This document shows, in pieces, positions 46,966-61,728 of a stretch of DNA of 64,000 bases. Origin of the DNA: Selaginella moellendorffii (Eukaryota > Plantae > Lycopodiophyta); assembly GCF_000143415.4 (NCBI RefSeq), contig NW_003314351.1, positions 711,828 to 775,827 of the forward strand, in the 5' to 3' direction. The position numbers were made by a program, and so were the translations under genes. Under the pieces are notes generated by a model. That model searched no databases, had not been told where the DNA came from, and was given only the letters and a program-made list of their open reading frames with translations. Position 1 is the first letter of the stretch; each line of letters begins with the position of its first letter.

Positions 46966-49900
46966 CTATAGCGCACGTGGTTTTGACCCTTTATCCTATG
47001 GTGATTTACCATAAAATACCCTCTTTGTGCCACGTGTCCAAAGGACAATGGTGTGGAACCCAAGGTTCAGGGCCTTGGGTCACTAAACAAAGGAACGGTG
47101 CCAAACTCCCAAGCATGGAGCCAAGGAGCGACGGAACCAGACCACAGAGCAACTCCTGAGCATATAGCCCAAGGAGCGAAGGGACAGGAGCCCAGAGCGA
47201 CTTGGAACAGTCCTAAAGCAACCAACATCCCAATGCCAGGACCAACACGCAAAACGGAGCCAAACGGAGCCAAACAGAGTTTGGCACTATTTCGGCATAT
47301 CGGTGGCCTAATGCAAGGACATGGGTACTCCACCAACTAGCATGGTGTGGAACTTGGGCTTAAACCCAAGCCAGACCCAGAACAAGGACAAGCATGGAAG
47401 CGGGAGCTAAACTATACCTCAGGTTAGTCAGCCATGCCCAACTTACCTGCTATCCCTACTATACATTTGGAACACCCCATAGCCCCCCTCCCCCCTTGAG
47501 GAACACACACTTTGGGCTTTTACCCTAAGCCTCCTTTAGTATCAGGAGTTAGTCTCTGGGACAAGCTCGAAACTTACTAAATATGGAATGGCATTAGATT
47601 GCGAATTTGGACACAGGACAAACACCATTGTGTTCAAGCCAATCTCTACATTCCGTAAATATGCTAAATGAGCAAATCTGGACACTTTCCATAAATATGT
47701 AAGCGACTAATTTTTCCATTTTACTTTAGTCACTTAACCGCACCTCCGACCACTTGGAGTAGTCTCACTCACAACCTCCGTAAGTCCTATTTTGGACTTG
47801 GGCTTACTAGCCCCGAGGATGGCATCCCCGCCACTCAACCTATGCACTTGGTCCAAGTGCTCCACGTGTCCGATCCCATGACCGACACCCCAAGGTACCA
47901 CCAACATATCAGCCTGTTACGCTAAGGCCATATCCATTCACCTTGGTCACCACGATGGTCTGACACTATCTGCATCCCAGTCTCGTCACTCAAAGACTGG
48001 GCTATCCATCCACGAGTGATCATCCCAGATCCACTCCTTAGCATCCTTAGGATGCCCACAGACATGGGGGATTAGCCTTCCCCAATATCTCTGTTCCAGT
48101 CCCCACCAAGTCCCTTTTTGTCCTTAGCTGTGCTCGCCAACATTGCCATTGAATCAAGGCCCACGGGCCCGACCACTAAGTCCCGCTGTCCTCTAGGACT
48201 TCCTCCCTGTGTGACCGTGTCCTTGGTCACCACACCAGAGGACTACTCCTCTTCCTTTCCACCGTCTGGGACTTTGGGACGACATTTCGGAACACCATGG
48301 CCCTACGCGGGCCTCGTGGGTACTCTCCCTGCCTTACGCCTTTAGGTGCTCTAGCCATGGGCTTAGAGCGAGGTTCCATTGAGCCACACCAGGTATCCAA
48401 GTAGGTAGTGCCACCCACGCTTGGACTGGGAGCATCGGCTAGACGATCTCCCGGGGGAACTAGAGCCGGCTCTTGAACACTTCACCAAGCTACCCCGCTT
48501 GTCGGTCTATGTTCACTCTAGTCTTGGACTTCCCAGTGGTCAGCTCATCACCCAACACTGGGTGCAGCCTCTCAGGGCCAAACTGGCCTTTCCTGGCCAA
48601 ACTGGCTCCACTGCAGTCCTCCCCCTACTATACTTTTGGAGCTCACCAAACCCCCCAGGGTCTGGGAGACGAACGCTTTGGGCTTTCACCCTCTCAGACT
48701 CGAACTCGGACTCGGACTCGGACTCGGACTCGGACTCGAACTCGGACTCGGACTCGGGCTCGGGCTCGGGCTCGGTCTCGGGCTCGGTCTCGGTCTTGGT
48801 CTCGGTCTCGGTCCCGGTCTTGGTCCCAGTCTCGGTCTCGGTCTCGACTTCGGACTTTATCTCGGGTCCATCTCGGACTCCATCTCGGACTCCATCTCGG
48901 GTCCATCTCAGACTCCATCTCGGACTCCATCTTGGGTCCATCTCGGACTCCATCTTGGGTCCATCTTGGACTCCATCTTGGGTCCATCTCGGGTCCATCT
49001 CGGACTCCATCTCGGGTCCATCTCGGGTCCATCTCGGACTCCATCTCGGACTCCATCTCGGGTCCATCTCGGACTCCATCTCGGACTCCGTCTCGGGTCC
49101 ATTTCGGGTCCATCTCGGACTCCATCTTGGGTCCGTCTCGGACTCAATCTCAGATCCATCTCGGGTCCACCTCGGACTCCACCTTGGACTCCATCTTGGG
49201 GTCCTTCTCAGACTCCACTTCGGACTCCGACTCGGATCCATCTCGGACACTTCCACGTGTCATGTGTTAGTCCTTTTTGGGTCCCTTTTTGGAGCCTCGC
49301 TTATGGCTCGCTTCGTGCTCATTCCTCAAGCACTTTGTTAGGGGTTCCACTCCTGCTCTCGACCTTTCAAGGCGGAGCTTTTAGTCCAAACGTGTTACGC
49401 TCGTTTGGCTTTCGCTTCGGCCACTACCACGTGGCGCCCCTCTGGCTCTACTTTGGGGCCTAGGGATTTTGTGTTTCACAACTCCACCACCCATAGACGA
49501 AGTTCGATGTCCTCATCGAACGGTAAACCCTTTCATAAAGTAGCACCCGCATGTGTTACCATTTCCATCCTTGGCACCCAACCAATATCTGTCTATGGTT
49601 TGACACCAAAGGCTCACCATGCCTTGTCCATCCTCTAAGGAGCATAGCCTCTCCAACTTAGAGGCTCATTTGACCACTTGTGGTGGTTCTCTCCTTTTAT
49701 TGGTTTAGTTCTTACTAAACCTGTTAGAGACACCTTCTCTAACTCGATCCCACTACTCGTTCTCAAGTGGTCTCACTTTCCAGCGCTATAACCCTTGCAC
49801 TTTGGAACTTTTAATTCTGACTTCTCGAAGTCAATTTCCTAGGTGTCTCCGACACCTTGCATTGCACATATTGTGCAACTCCACTTCCTCATCCTAGGAA

Positions 49901-52900
49901 GTTCTCCACTTGAGGGCGCCATCATCCTCTGTTCGATTTCATGCCACCTTTGGGCACTGAGTTCCAGTTATCATATTGTGTGTTAGGGCTGTCCATGGCC
50001 CTATCCTTTGGCTACTTTGCCGCTTCCTCACCGTGAGCTTTTACTTCGCCAAATTGGAGCACTTAGGAATCCACCTTTGGAAGTCCACTTCCTTTCCCAC
50101 AAGCCGTTAGCATCAAATACATTAGTGTTCCTTGGCTAACTTTGCCATTTGGAACCCCTCCATTAAATTCCATGGCCCAAACTTGGCCACTAGTCCTTTG
50201 CTCCTATCCTTGATTGTTGCACCCAGCAACATAGGATCGCTACCTCCATTTTTGAGGTATCCTTTCGGTTCCATAACAAAGACTCTTCTTTGCCAAATCC
50301 GGAGGATGTTCACCCCTAGTACGTCTCTTTAGCATCTTCTGCTATGGGCTCTATCCACAGCCCAACTTTGTGACCCTCCCATGGGTCTCTTATAGAGACT
50401 ACTTTCCTTGGACTCACTATGCCATCGCACGGACATAATTTATTTCCCTTAGGTGCTCTTCCCACTTGGTCATCATGACCAAGCCACACCACCTTAAACA
50501 GTTTAATTTCAACATTTTGAACCAGGAACTTCATTCCTTAGCCAACCAAGGACCTTGTCCTTATTTGGCCTTCAAATTGTTAACTATAACCCCGGGGGCA
50601 TCCCCCACACTTGGCGGTGCACCCAAGCCAGCCCTTACGACCAAGGGTTCATAGCAACTGAGATTAGCTGTCCCCATCTCACTCACCACGTCCTTGGTGC
50701 CACTTGCACCAAAGTGTTCAAGTTAGATATGCCAAGCTTTCACACTAAGCAATATAACCGTGCATCACGACTCCGAGGCATCCCTCACTTGGCGGTGTGC
50801 CCAAACCAGTCTCCACACTGAGAGTCCATGACCACCGAAATATGAGTGTCCTCATATTCCAAACCATCACCACGCCCTAGTGATTTGGGACTCGAACCCA
50901 AGCACTAGAGGGTCGGGACTCGAACCCAACCTCCGTATATGCATCTACGGACGGCATCACCCAGGATGCCTAGCGTGACTCCCCACGCCAGTGCACCAAC
51001 TTATACTCAAAGCACGCTATAGATCACAGCTTAGGAACCTAATTCCTCCCTACTACCAAGTCCTCTCACTTGACAAGCCTGTGATCATGCATGGACTCCT
51101 CCATGCTTGGCCCCATGGCCCACCATTTTTGAAGTTATCACCTTCAACTAGGGTATTTGTTCCCCTGACTTGCCAATCTCGCTTTGGCAAGTCCTCCGAC
51201 CACTGTAACATAGTTCCTGCACAAGCGTGAAAGCCCTTGATCATCGACTTTCGTTCAAAGCCCTCTCTTTGAACACTCGGGAACTACTTCCCTAACCTTG
51301 ATAGCCTTGCCTCATGGCAAGCTTCAAGACCACGCTTCTACTGCGCCACTCTGATTTCGCGTGTTCCTTGAACTATTTACGCTTGGCCTTTCTAGGTATT
51401 AAGCTACCTAGAATCTTCTTTGGGAACCTTGAAGGAACTCTGTCCCTTAGCTTGCTAAGGCCTCCCTTTTTGCAAGCTTTCCAATTATCATATAGTCTAA
51501 CATGGACAATTCCATATTTTAGACTCTCTATAGCATCACAGTTGCTAGCGGCAACACTCTCGAGCCCCCACTTGATTCTCCACTCCCAGCTGGCATAACC
51601 AACCTTGGTTATGCCCTTCGATTTCTATGGTTTGGTTCTATCCCCTTACTTCTTGCTTTTGGCTTCACACCTTTCCTTCGGTCATTCTCCTCCAAACTAG
51701 GAGGATAGCTTTGCACTTTCTATCATGCCTTAGCAAGTATTCTTAGGGATGAACCTACCCGATAGCCTAGGGAGTGGTTCCTCAATCCAGGTATGCTCAC
51801 CCTATAACCCCACCCACTGGGATTACGTTGTTGCTTACGGGCCTTTGCATGCCCATTGCTAGCCTTGCCAAAATTCCATTTTTGGCTTTGTCCAATTCGA
51901 GTAGACAGTCTTCTCCTGTCTCCGCCACCTTGGACATTTGGATAGCACCTACTATCCATCATTCGCTAGGGACTTAGTCCCTTGGGCTTTATCTACTGCC
52001 CTCGCGACATCAAACACCACCTCCTGGTGTTCTAGAGTGTTTGGGTGTCCCAATGATGGCTTCCTTGACAATGAGTATTTCCTTTTATGACATTGACTTA
52101 CTATATCACAACATAAGCAACTTATCCCCCGTAAGGGTATATCCACTTCCCTATGCCATTAAGAGGCTTGGGTAGCTACCTTCTACCCGTTTAACCAATT
52201 ATTTTGCACCTCTTGCTTAGTTGTCTCGTAGTTGTCAAGTCCTACAACTCATTACAGGTGCTTCCACACCTCCATCATTATCTGGGTCACCACACTCTAA
52301 CTGCATGCTCTGCAACTTAGGCTATGCCATTCCCATTTCTATTGGGGTTCCTTTGGCAAGGGGTTCTCATGAACCCACCAACATAGCCTCAAGGTATCAC
52401 ACCTTGGCACATTTGGTGTCTCCACACCATCAGCTCCACGAGCCTACTTCTATGACACTTCTTCTTTGTGTCTAAGTCTTTGCCAAGACCAATACCACTC
52501 ATTCTCATGCCAACCATCCGTTAGCACTGCACCCTAGAGGTCTCACACAACTTTGTGTCAAAGTTGTTTTCTTTTTGGGAACACCTTTCCCACGACTTTA
52601 GCATGGCACATTTTGCCATCGATGAGATACCCTCTGTTCTCATCCTTGGATCCTATAATCCCCCCCCATCCTTCGTGGGGTACAACCCACCTCAGTCCAA
52701 ATGCTTCCATCAGTTCTTTTAGGACCATCTCTTGACTCTACTTGAGTCATCTAGCAGTTTTGGACTTAGTTAATCCACAGACCTATAAGGTCCTACTTGT
52801 GAGGCACTAGCTCACTGGAATACACTTCTTGCATTCCTGTCCTACTCAAAAGGACTATTTTCACAAGTGTTACTTTGACACTTGATTTTGTTCTCTGGGG

Positions 52901-55900
52901 GCAACCTTTGCCCCTTAGGACTACTTGTCCATGTGATGAGAATACCAACTCATCTCTAAGTACACCCCCCAACTCCTTGGGTTGTTCCAGCATTTATTAA
53001 AGGTAGCCCCGGCTACCATTTCAAGGACTTGAGTCCTCTTCCGTATTTGACCTCCCACGGTCATTACCTCTGGTCTTACATTCATGAGCACCAACCTCAA
53101 CTATATAAGGATAATCTTGTGACTCCTTTATTGTTTTGGAGTCTACATGTTTCCCGTGATCCCAACTATAGTTGTTTATCACAACTACGTTAGCCCGTTT
53201 GCTGCGTCAAACGTTCATTTGGATCACATCCTCAGCTCTCTGAGGAGACCTTATACTGTTCCCAAGATCCCAAAGTCGTTCCATTATTGGCCCTTTTCTA
53301 TCTACCACGTTGTGCCCAAGTTCACGCATGAACTTGAGTGGAGAGCCATGTCCTCTCGACATGCTACCCGTCCAGGATAGGCCCACTCCTAGGACCTTCC
53401 GATGCCAACATCAATGGTGATATACTTGAGCACCAATAAAAGTCGGACTAAGGAACAGCTCCGATACCAAGTTGTAAGTGACTAATTTTTCCATTTTACT
53501 TTAGTCACTTAACCGCACCTCCGACCACTTGGAGTAGTCTCACTCACAACCTCCGTAAGTCCTATTTTGGACTTGGGCTTACTAGCCCCGAGGATGGCAT
53601 CCCCGCCACTCAACCTATGCACTTGGTCCAAGTGCTCCACGTGTCCGATCCCATGACCGACACCCCAAGGTACCACCAACATATCAGCCTGTTACGCTAA
53701 GGCCATATCCATTCACCTTGGTCACCACGATGGTCTGACACTATCTGCATCCCAGTCTCGTCACTCAAAGACTGGGCTATCCATCCACGAGTGATCATCC
53801 CAGATCCACTCCTTAGCATCCTTAGGATGCCCACAGACATGGGGGATTAGCCTTGGTACTCTCCCTGCCTTACGCCTTTAGGTGCTCTAGCCATGGGCTT
53901 AGAGCGAGGTTCCATTGAGCCACACCAGGTATCCAAGTAGGTAGTGCCACCCACGCTTGGACTGGGAGCATCGGCTAGACGATCTCCCGGGGGAACTAGA
54001 GCCGGCTCTTGAACACTTCACCAAGCTACCCCGCTTGTCGGTCTATGTTCACTCTAGTCTTGGACTTCCCAGTGGTCAGCTCATCACCCAACACTGGGTG
54101 CAGCCTCTCTGGGCCAAACTGGCCTTTCCTGGCCAAACTGGCTCCACTGCAGTCCTCCCCCTACTATACTTTTGGAACTCACCAAACCCCCCAGGGTCTG
54201 GGAGACGAACGCTTTGGGCTTTCACCCTCTCAGACTCGAACTCGGACTCGGACTCGGACTCGGACTCGGACTCGGACTCGGACTCGGACTCGGACTCGGA
54301 CTCGGCCTCGGCCTCAGCCTCGGTCTTGGTCTCGATCTCGGTCCCAGTCTTGGTCCTGGTCTCGGTCTCGACTTCGGACTTTATCTCGGGTCAATCTCAG
54401 ACTCCATCTTGGACTCCATGTTGGGTCCATCTCGGACTCCATGTCGGATCCATCTCGGACTCCATCTCGAACTCCATCTCGGGTCCATCTCAGACTCCAT
54501 CTTGGGTCCATTTCGGGTCCATCTCAGACTCCATCTCGGGTCCATCTTGGGTCCATCTCGGACTCCATTTCGGGTCCATCTCGGACTCCATCTCGGACTC
54601 CATCTTGGGTCCATCTCGGACTCCATCTCAGACTCCGTCTCGGGTCCATTTCGGGTCCATCTCGGACTCCATCTCGGGTCCATCTCGGACTCAATCTCAG
54701 ATCCATCTCGGGTCCACCTCGGACTCCACCTCGGACTCCATCTTGGGGTCCTTCTCGGACTCCACTTCGGACTCTGACTCGGGTCCATCTCGGACACTTC
54801 CACGTGTCATGTGTTAGTCCTTTTTGGGTCCCTTTTTGGAGCCTCGCTTATGGCTCGCTTCGTGCTCATTCCTCAAGCACTTTGTTAGGGGTTCCACTCC
54901 CGCTCTCGACCTTTCAAGGCGGAGCTTTTAGTCCAAACGTGTTACACTCGTTTGGCTTTCGCTTCGGCCACTACCACGTGGCACCCCTCCGGCTCTACTT
55001 TGGGGCCTAGGGATTTTGTGTTTCACAAAATAGCATTTGGGACCAAAATGAGACTAACACAAAGGGCATGATAGCGAGGGTGTTTGGCAAACAAGACAAA
55101 CTATCATTTAGCGATATTAAGGGACTAATCTCAATACACGAGGGTTCTTGTCACTAGCCAGTGCAAGTCAAAACAAGACAGGAACTCCTTACCAAGCTAA
55201 GTATGCATAGCTAATAACATGTAGAAATTCTGTCCTTATGCTCGTCCAGTCTAAGTACACTCGAAATGCTCAGTTAAATCCACTAGCACAAGAGGGACTG
55301 ATGAAGGATCCAACAATACCGACCTCTTGCCATCGTGGTAGTAAGGAAAGAATATCCGAAAGGATTGGCCGACAGGTAACTTTTAATACCTGAAGTCACA
55401 TTCGCAACACTCTCCCCCCCTAGGGAAGATTTACGTCCTCATCGATGCATACTCAAATATAGAATACCGCCAAGGAAAAAACTCCAGAAAAAGTTCATGG
55501 TATTCACACTATGTGAGAAATGCACCAACTTTAATGAGTTAGGAGGCAACCTTTATGTCTAACGCGGATGTGCTACCAGCTCAGACACCTTCTAGCCGTC
55601 GCTGACAAGGAAATGACCAACAGAGTTAACCACCCTTGCTACTTTAGTTGTCACCCAGCTTACAAAAGTGTGATACGCCTCTGCCTGCAAGGATATAGAA
55701 AGAGAAGCCAGAAGCCCCAACCCTCATGAGCATTGAAACCAAACCTGTCGGTAAGGTTTAGATAGACTACTGTAAACAAGAAGTTAGAGTTGTTTACATA
55801 GTCACGCCCTTTTAACAGAATAAGGAACATTGACAAAAAGGCGGGTTATGTGACCAATCTACAATAGCTACCCTATGATTAGAGATTTCACCATGCATAC

Positions 55901-57665
55901 AAAGTGCCAAAGCCAGTTTACCTATACTAGCCTAAAGTCAAAGATCAATATATGGACAATATCAAAGTCATTAGACAATGATATCTTATAGTCTTAATTA
56001 TCAGTGAATAAATCTTAGATTAGAACACAAAAGTATTCCAAGTAAGTTATCATCTAATAAACTAGTATTATAGAATAGGAACCACCAATATCATCATGTT
56101 TGGAAAACATAGGATTCACCATCCAACAAAATTCAATAGCCAGCATATCATTAAAAAAACTCAATGATAAAACATAACTACTAAAGATGGCAGACAGTAT
56201 GCTAAACAACTTACTAAAGATAACTCAAAGAATACAAAGTATCATTGACTGACAAGCACAATGCTCATGAATGTATCACCCAAAGGAAATAAGATCTCAA
56301 TCTATCAAAATTAACTCAAGCAATAATCAACAGGACAGAATGAATGTTGCAAGACCAAAAAACATAATATTTATGCTAGCTATTGCACCAGCTAAGCTGA
56401 ATAGATCCCGGTCAACAATACCAAGGAACCAAAGTTGCTCAAGCAAGTGTTAGCAACATCCTATTGATGTCTCAAACCCAAGAGACCAATCTAGAGCAAA
56501 CCACAAAGAACATGTGGTATTGCGAAAGGCTATAAGCTATCAAATAGCATAACTAACCACCATGAAAGATCATCAATCATCCCATCAAAAGAGATATGCA
56601 GAATCATCATTAAAGAAGGAATCCACCATCCCAAAGAATGGCATATCATTCCATATTAATAATAATCAAGTAAAACTTTTGATAAGAATATTCAATTATC
56701 CTAGATGATAGTCAATCATTACCAATGATTGCTAGATACAAATGACAACTTTAACATCAAAGCTGAGAGCCAAAATGCCTTCCCCAACAACTCTTAACAA
56801 ATGAAGCAATGAGCATAAAAACTCAAGGAACCAAAAACTTGAAGAAACCTATAGCTAAGTCATGCCTAGCAATGATCGTAAGTCTTGCATGAACTAACTT
56901 CAATGCTAAAGAAGAAATCATGGTACAACCCACATTATTCTTCTCAATACATCCAGAACCTAAACTTCATAATGCAAAGCTAATGAAGAGTATATCTACA
57001 TCAATCCAAAAGCCAAGCATAATAAAGCTATGCTCAACAAGTGATCACCAAATCAATCCTCCATGAATCCATCTATAGCAAGACATAACTCACTTTATAA
57101 CAAGCATAAGAAGAATCATTCATGATCGATATATTCCAACCCAAATTCAATAAAGATTCAAACATCTTCAATATCAATCACTAATTCTTCATCTCATAAA
57201 GTTAGCATTGTTCATAACTAAATCACTTTTCAAGGAAAAGCCAAAGCTCAACCTCTACTAAATAATCTTGTTTAGAACACAACTAACTTCAAACTTGCCA
57301 CTCAATTCATTTGAACGTCAACACAATGGCTAACTAGCAAATGCACAAATGCCAAGAACACAAAGCCATAGCCAAATCATCAACACTATCTTTATTGAGA
57401 CCAATGAAACTCAATATCAATCCTAAGGAGAGACATCTCATTTCACTCGAATCTCAACATTGGGCATCACTTCAATGCCATCAGTACCAAAACAAAGCTA
57501 GAAGAAAGCAAAGATGAATCACCACTCAAACTTTCTAACAACCAAGCTAACCAAAGTCGAAGATATCTTAGTTAGTATCTGAGACCAGTTCTTCAACAAT
57601 ACTCAGCTATAGATAACACTTCATCAAGGAGTAAATCACCACACCCAAGACTCACAACTATTCCA
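46966..57665 (-). mobile_element. Family B LTR element: 3' LTR ~46966-55408 (interrupted by the A element), PPT ~55409-55425, AT-rich internal region
   Basis: LTR end ...CACATTCGCAACA at 55408 next to CTCTCCCCCCCTAGGG; homologous to 57868-59160. Confidence 0.7.
47698..55027 (-). mobile_element. Full-length family A LTR element with non-coding interior (LARD-like)
   Basis: LTRs 47698-49480 and 53473-55027; TSD AAATA; PBS rc at ~53458-53469; PPT at ~49481-49494; ~4-kb interior with no ORF over 100 aa in the track. Confidence 0.92.
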
Positions 57666-59167
57666 TGTGAGGCCGTACCATAGTCCCACAGTAGATAATT
57701 TCGTCTGTAGATACTCCATACAAGAGGAAGGACATACACATGGATGCCCAATACATACAATTTCAAATTTAGGGGTAAGAATATACTTTGCTCAAGGGTA
57801 TATTATACTTTTTATGCAGCCACTAATCATGGGAATCAAACCGGTATCATTTTTTCTGATACCATATATAGCACACGTGGTTTTTACCCTTTATCCTATG
57901 GTGATTTACCATCGGATAACACCACAAAGTGGAACCTAAACCCTCTTTGTGCCATGTGACAAATGCCACATGTCACATGCCACGTGTCCAAAGGACAGTT
58001 GTGTGGAACCCGGTTGCTCTAAGGGTTCCAAGTTGCTCTGGGCTCCTGTCCCTGCGCTCCTTAGGCTGTATGCTCGAGAGTTGCTCCGTGGTTCAGTTCT
58101 GTCACTCCTTGGCTCCATGCTTGGGAGTTTGGCACCATTCTTTTGTTCAATGGCCCAAGCCTCTGAACCTCAGCATCCCAATGCCAGGACCAGCATACAA
58201 AACGAAGCCAAATGGAGCCAAACAGAGTCTGGCGCTATTTCGGCATACCGGTGGCCTCCTGCCGTCATGGCATAAGGAAAGAATATTCGAAAGGACTAGC
58301 CGACAGGTAACTTTCAATACCCGAAGTCACATTCGCGACACTCTCCCCCCCTAGGGAAGATTGACATCCTCGTCGATGCATGCTCGAGTTTAGAATACCG
58401 TGAAGGAAACAACTCCAGAAAAAGTTCACAGTATTCACACTATGTGAGAAATGCACCAACTTAAATGAGTTAGGGTAACCTCTTGTCTAACGCGGACGCG
58501 CTACCAGCTCAAACACCTTCCGGCCGTCATTGACAAGGAAATGACCAACAGAGTTAGCCACCCTTGCTACTCTAGGTGTCACCTAGCTTACAAAAGTGTG
58601 ATATGCCCCTGCCCGCATGGATATAGAAAGAGAAGCCAGAGGCCCTAACCCTCCTGAGCAAAGAAACCAAACCCGTTGGTAAGGTTTAGATAGACTACTG
58701 TAAACAAGAAGTTAGAGTTGTTTACACGGTCACGCCCTTTTAACGGAATAAGAAACATTTACAAAAAAGCGGGTTATGTGACCAGTCTACAGTAGCTACC
58801 CCATGACTAAAGATTTCACCATACACACGAAGTGCTAAAGCCAGTCTACCTATACTGGCCCAAACTCAAAGATTAATAGATGGACAATATGAAAGTCATA
58901 GACAATGATATCTTAGAGTCTTAAGTACTAGTGATTAAATCTTAGATGAGAACACAAAAGTATTCCAAGTAAGTTATCATCTAATAAACTAGTATTATAG
59001 GATAGGAACCACCAAGATTGCAATAGTTGGAAAATATAGGATGCACGATTCAACAAAATTTAATAGCAAGAATATCATCAAGAAAACTCAATGAAGAAAC
59101 TTAACTATCGAAGATTGTAGACAGTATACCCAACAACTTACCAAAGATAACTCAAAGCACACCAAGT
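57666..59167 (-). mobile_element. Second family B copy (internally deleted LTR ~57666-58340, PPT, 3' internal region)
   Basis: LTR end at 58340 followed by CTCTCCCCCCCTAGGG; 58341-59160 parallels 55409-56240. Confidence 0.75.
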
Positions 59168-59330
59168 TGTAAGCTCTTGAGTTTGGACTTCCCAGGAGGT
59201 CACCCAACCCAGTACTATTCAAACCCAAGGACACTTAACCCCAAATATCCCAAGACCCTTAATTGATTGGAAAAGCGGGGTGCATTTTTATTCATGGGCC
59301 TTTTCCCTCTATATTTGAACCCCTATGGAT
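59168..59330 (-). mobile_element. Cassandra-like TRIM LTR (runs into gap)
   Basis: rc GGTTAAGTGTCCTTGGGTTTGAATAGTACTGGGTTGGGTGACCTCCTGGGAAGTCC, close to the 5S rRNA internal control region. Confidence 0.85.
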
Positions 59331-59430
59331 NNNNNNNNNNNNNNNNNNNNNNNNNNNNNNNNNNNNNNNNNNNNNNNNNNNNNNNNNNNNNNNNNNNNNN
59401 NNNNNNNNNNNNNNNNNNNNNNNNNNNNNN
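59331..59430. other. Assembly gap (100 N, size probably unknown)
   Basis: N run. Confidence 1.
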
Positions 59431-60320
59431 AAAAAAATGTTCAAAGAAGAGAAGACGGCAGGCAGCTGCTGCTGCAGGTCATCTAGAGGACCCCATTATA
59501 CCTCAATATAGAGTAAAACCTTGCTATTCATTTATCATTATAAAATATCAGCCTTTAAAATATTGTAATAAAGCCTTAATTTTAAATATAAATCCATGAA
59601 ATAGAGAGATAATAACTTATTTTACATTAGCATTCTCTCTATTAAAAACACATACAGAAATAATGCTAATGATATAAAGTAGAATACTTCTAATATTAAA
59701 TATTACTCTCAAAATGTAAGAATATAAGTATTAGGAATAAGGGAATATCAAAGGTAAATATGTAAAATTTTGAAATTATTCTAAAAAATATAGCACATAA
59801 AGGTAATTTTTATCACTTAGTATCATGAAATTCCAAAACTTTCAGTCTATAGAGATGAAAAATAAAACTCCATAAAAATTGTTATATTTTTTTAATTTTA
59901 TAAGATGTATATAGTTTAAGTGAGTTTTAAATCTTTATTTTTGAAATTATTATACTTTAGTGTCCTTAAGAAACACATTTTTTATTAAGAGGAAAAATTG
60001 TAGATCAATTATATGGAGATTTCAAATAAAAAAATAGTTACCAAGCCTCAATATTTAATTGACTCATCTGGCCATGGAATCCCACAGCGAAAAATTCCAT
60101 TTATAGAAGATCATGCAGCACTAAGAGTTTTAAATGTTATATTATGTTATAAGTTAAATTTATTATATTATTTATTATGTTATATTTGTAGAAGGGATTT
60201 TGAATATAATTATTATATTATGTTATGTTAACTATGTATGTTATAATTATGATTATATTAAATTTATAATTATGATTTCAACTTTTTGAAATACTAAAAT
60301 ATCAATAATAAACACGATGC

Positions 60321-60347
60321 TCCCAGCGTAGCTGGGACTTTTGCTAG
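60321..60347 (+). mobile_element. Helitron 3' terminus (hairpin plus CTAG)
   Basis: TCCCAGC-GTA-GCTGGGA hairpin, 6-nt spacer, CTAG then T. Confidence 0.8.
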
Positions 60348-61614
60348 TCTTTCTATATTTAAAAGAGCAAGGGCGACATATTCAATTGAGATTCTTTATG
60401 AGCTTAATGGTGGAGATGAAGACACGTGGGAAAAAACAGTTGAGAGTGGAACTTTTTTTTTAAGGGGTAAACCCAGTTTTTTTCAATGCATTTTTCCAGG
60501 AGCACTTATGTATTTTGGCATTTCACTGCAGTTGCACGTCATGAGGTTCACTGCATGATTGCATTGGTCCTCGCCTATCTAGGGTGTATTGCTTAGCTGT
60601 ACGATGCCACACACAGCAGATAGATTAGCTGAGTTGAAGTGGCAGGTTCAAGAGCCTATGCTAGACAAAAGAGAAGATGAGGAAACTCCGGGAGACACTT
60701 TTATGGTACATTTTCTCTTTCTTGTGTTGTTTCTTTTGACAATTTCTTTAGGCTGTTGCGAGGTTTGGAGGCGACAGTGTTGTCAAGACATGATGCAGCT
60801 GCAACCTGGTTCAGATGTACGCATATACTCAGTGCTTCTTTACATGCGAGGTATGCAAGGTATGGTTTGTGTTCATTGTTTCATCACGAATATTTTACTG
60901 CCTCTTATTATGTACAATAAGGAGTACGTGCTTGGGCAGCTCATATACGTTCAAGCAACGAAGAGATTGCCTGGTTCTCCCGGATTTCTCATCCTGTCAT
61001 GCCAAGGGCTTGCAACAAGATTCCCGGCATGCGTATTGATCTAGGTTTCAAGATGATCTCTCATTTCTCTTAATCTCTGTGGCTAACTTGGTTCTTGTTG
61101 CACAGGAGTGAGTAACAGAGGGCTGTTTGGGAGTCTAATGCTGGATGCTTCGAGATTTGTTTCTTTTATTCGTTTCCAGACACCCAACGACCTTTGGGCT
61201 AAACACTCTAAAGTCGTTTATCTAAACTCTTATTAGAAAGGTTCATAAAATTATGTTTAGTCTGATGACTTCTCCAGTTTACTTGTTTGTTTTAAATGCA
61301 GATTCAAATTAGTGGCGAGAAACTGACTCCACCATTTTCGGCCTGTCAAATCTCTTGGTTTTGGTGACACAGAAAGGTGAATTTTTTCATAGTTGTTTCT
61401 TATATATGGGATTAAAAAGCCTTTTTGTGATGGAGAGTACATTTAGTAGAGTTGAAAGGTTCCCGCCAGTGTTTTGCCATGAAGAGAAACAAGGTGATAT
61501 CTCTGTCTTGAAACTTGCACTGATCTTTTGAACAGGTTCATTGTGCATGTACTGAAAGAGAGATTCTTGGATTGATGGACCATATTGCTTTCTAAATTGA
61601 GATTTTCTTTGCAG

Positions 61615-61728
61615 ATTGCGACTCATGTTTGCTTAGCAATAGACTTCTATCCTGCAGGGGAACTCTTTCTTCAAATGGAGAAACAACCACTAAAATTCGT
61701 TGATCAAGCTCTCCAATCCAGTGTTCAG
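61615..61728 (+). pseudogene. Second copy of the phototropin-like kinase exon
   Basis: Same translation as 39552-39665, with AG/GT boundaries. Confidence 0.7.

Noticed and set aside
55425-57660. env-like or extra ORF in the family B 3' region
   Set aside because: Strand-biased composition is suggestive, but there is no ORF of useful length and no recognisable motif.
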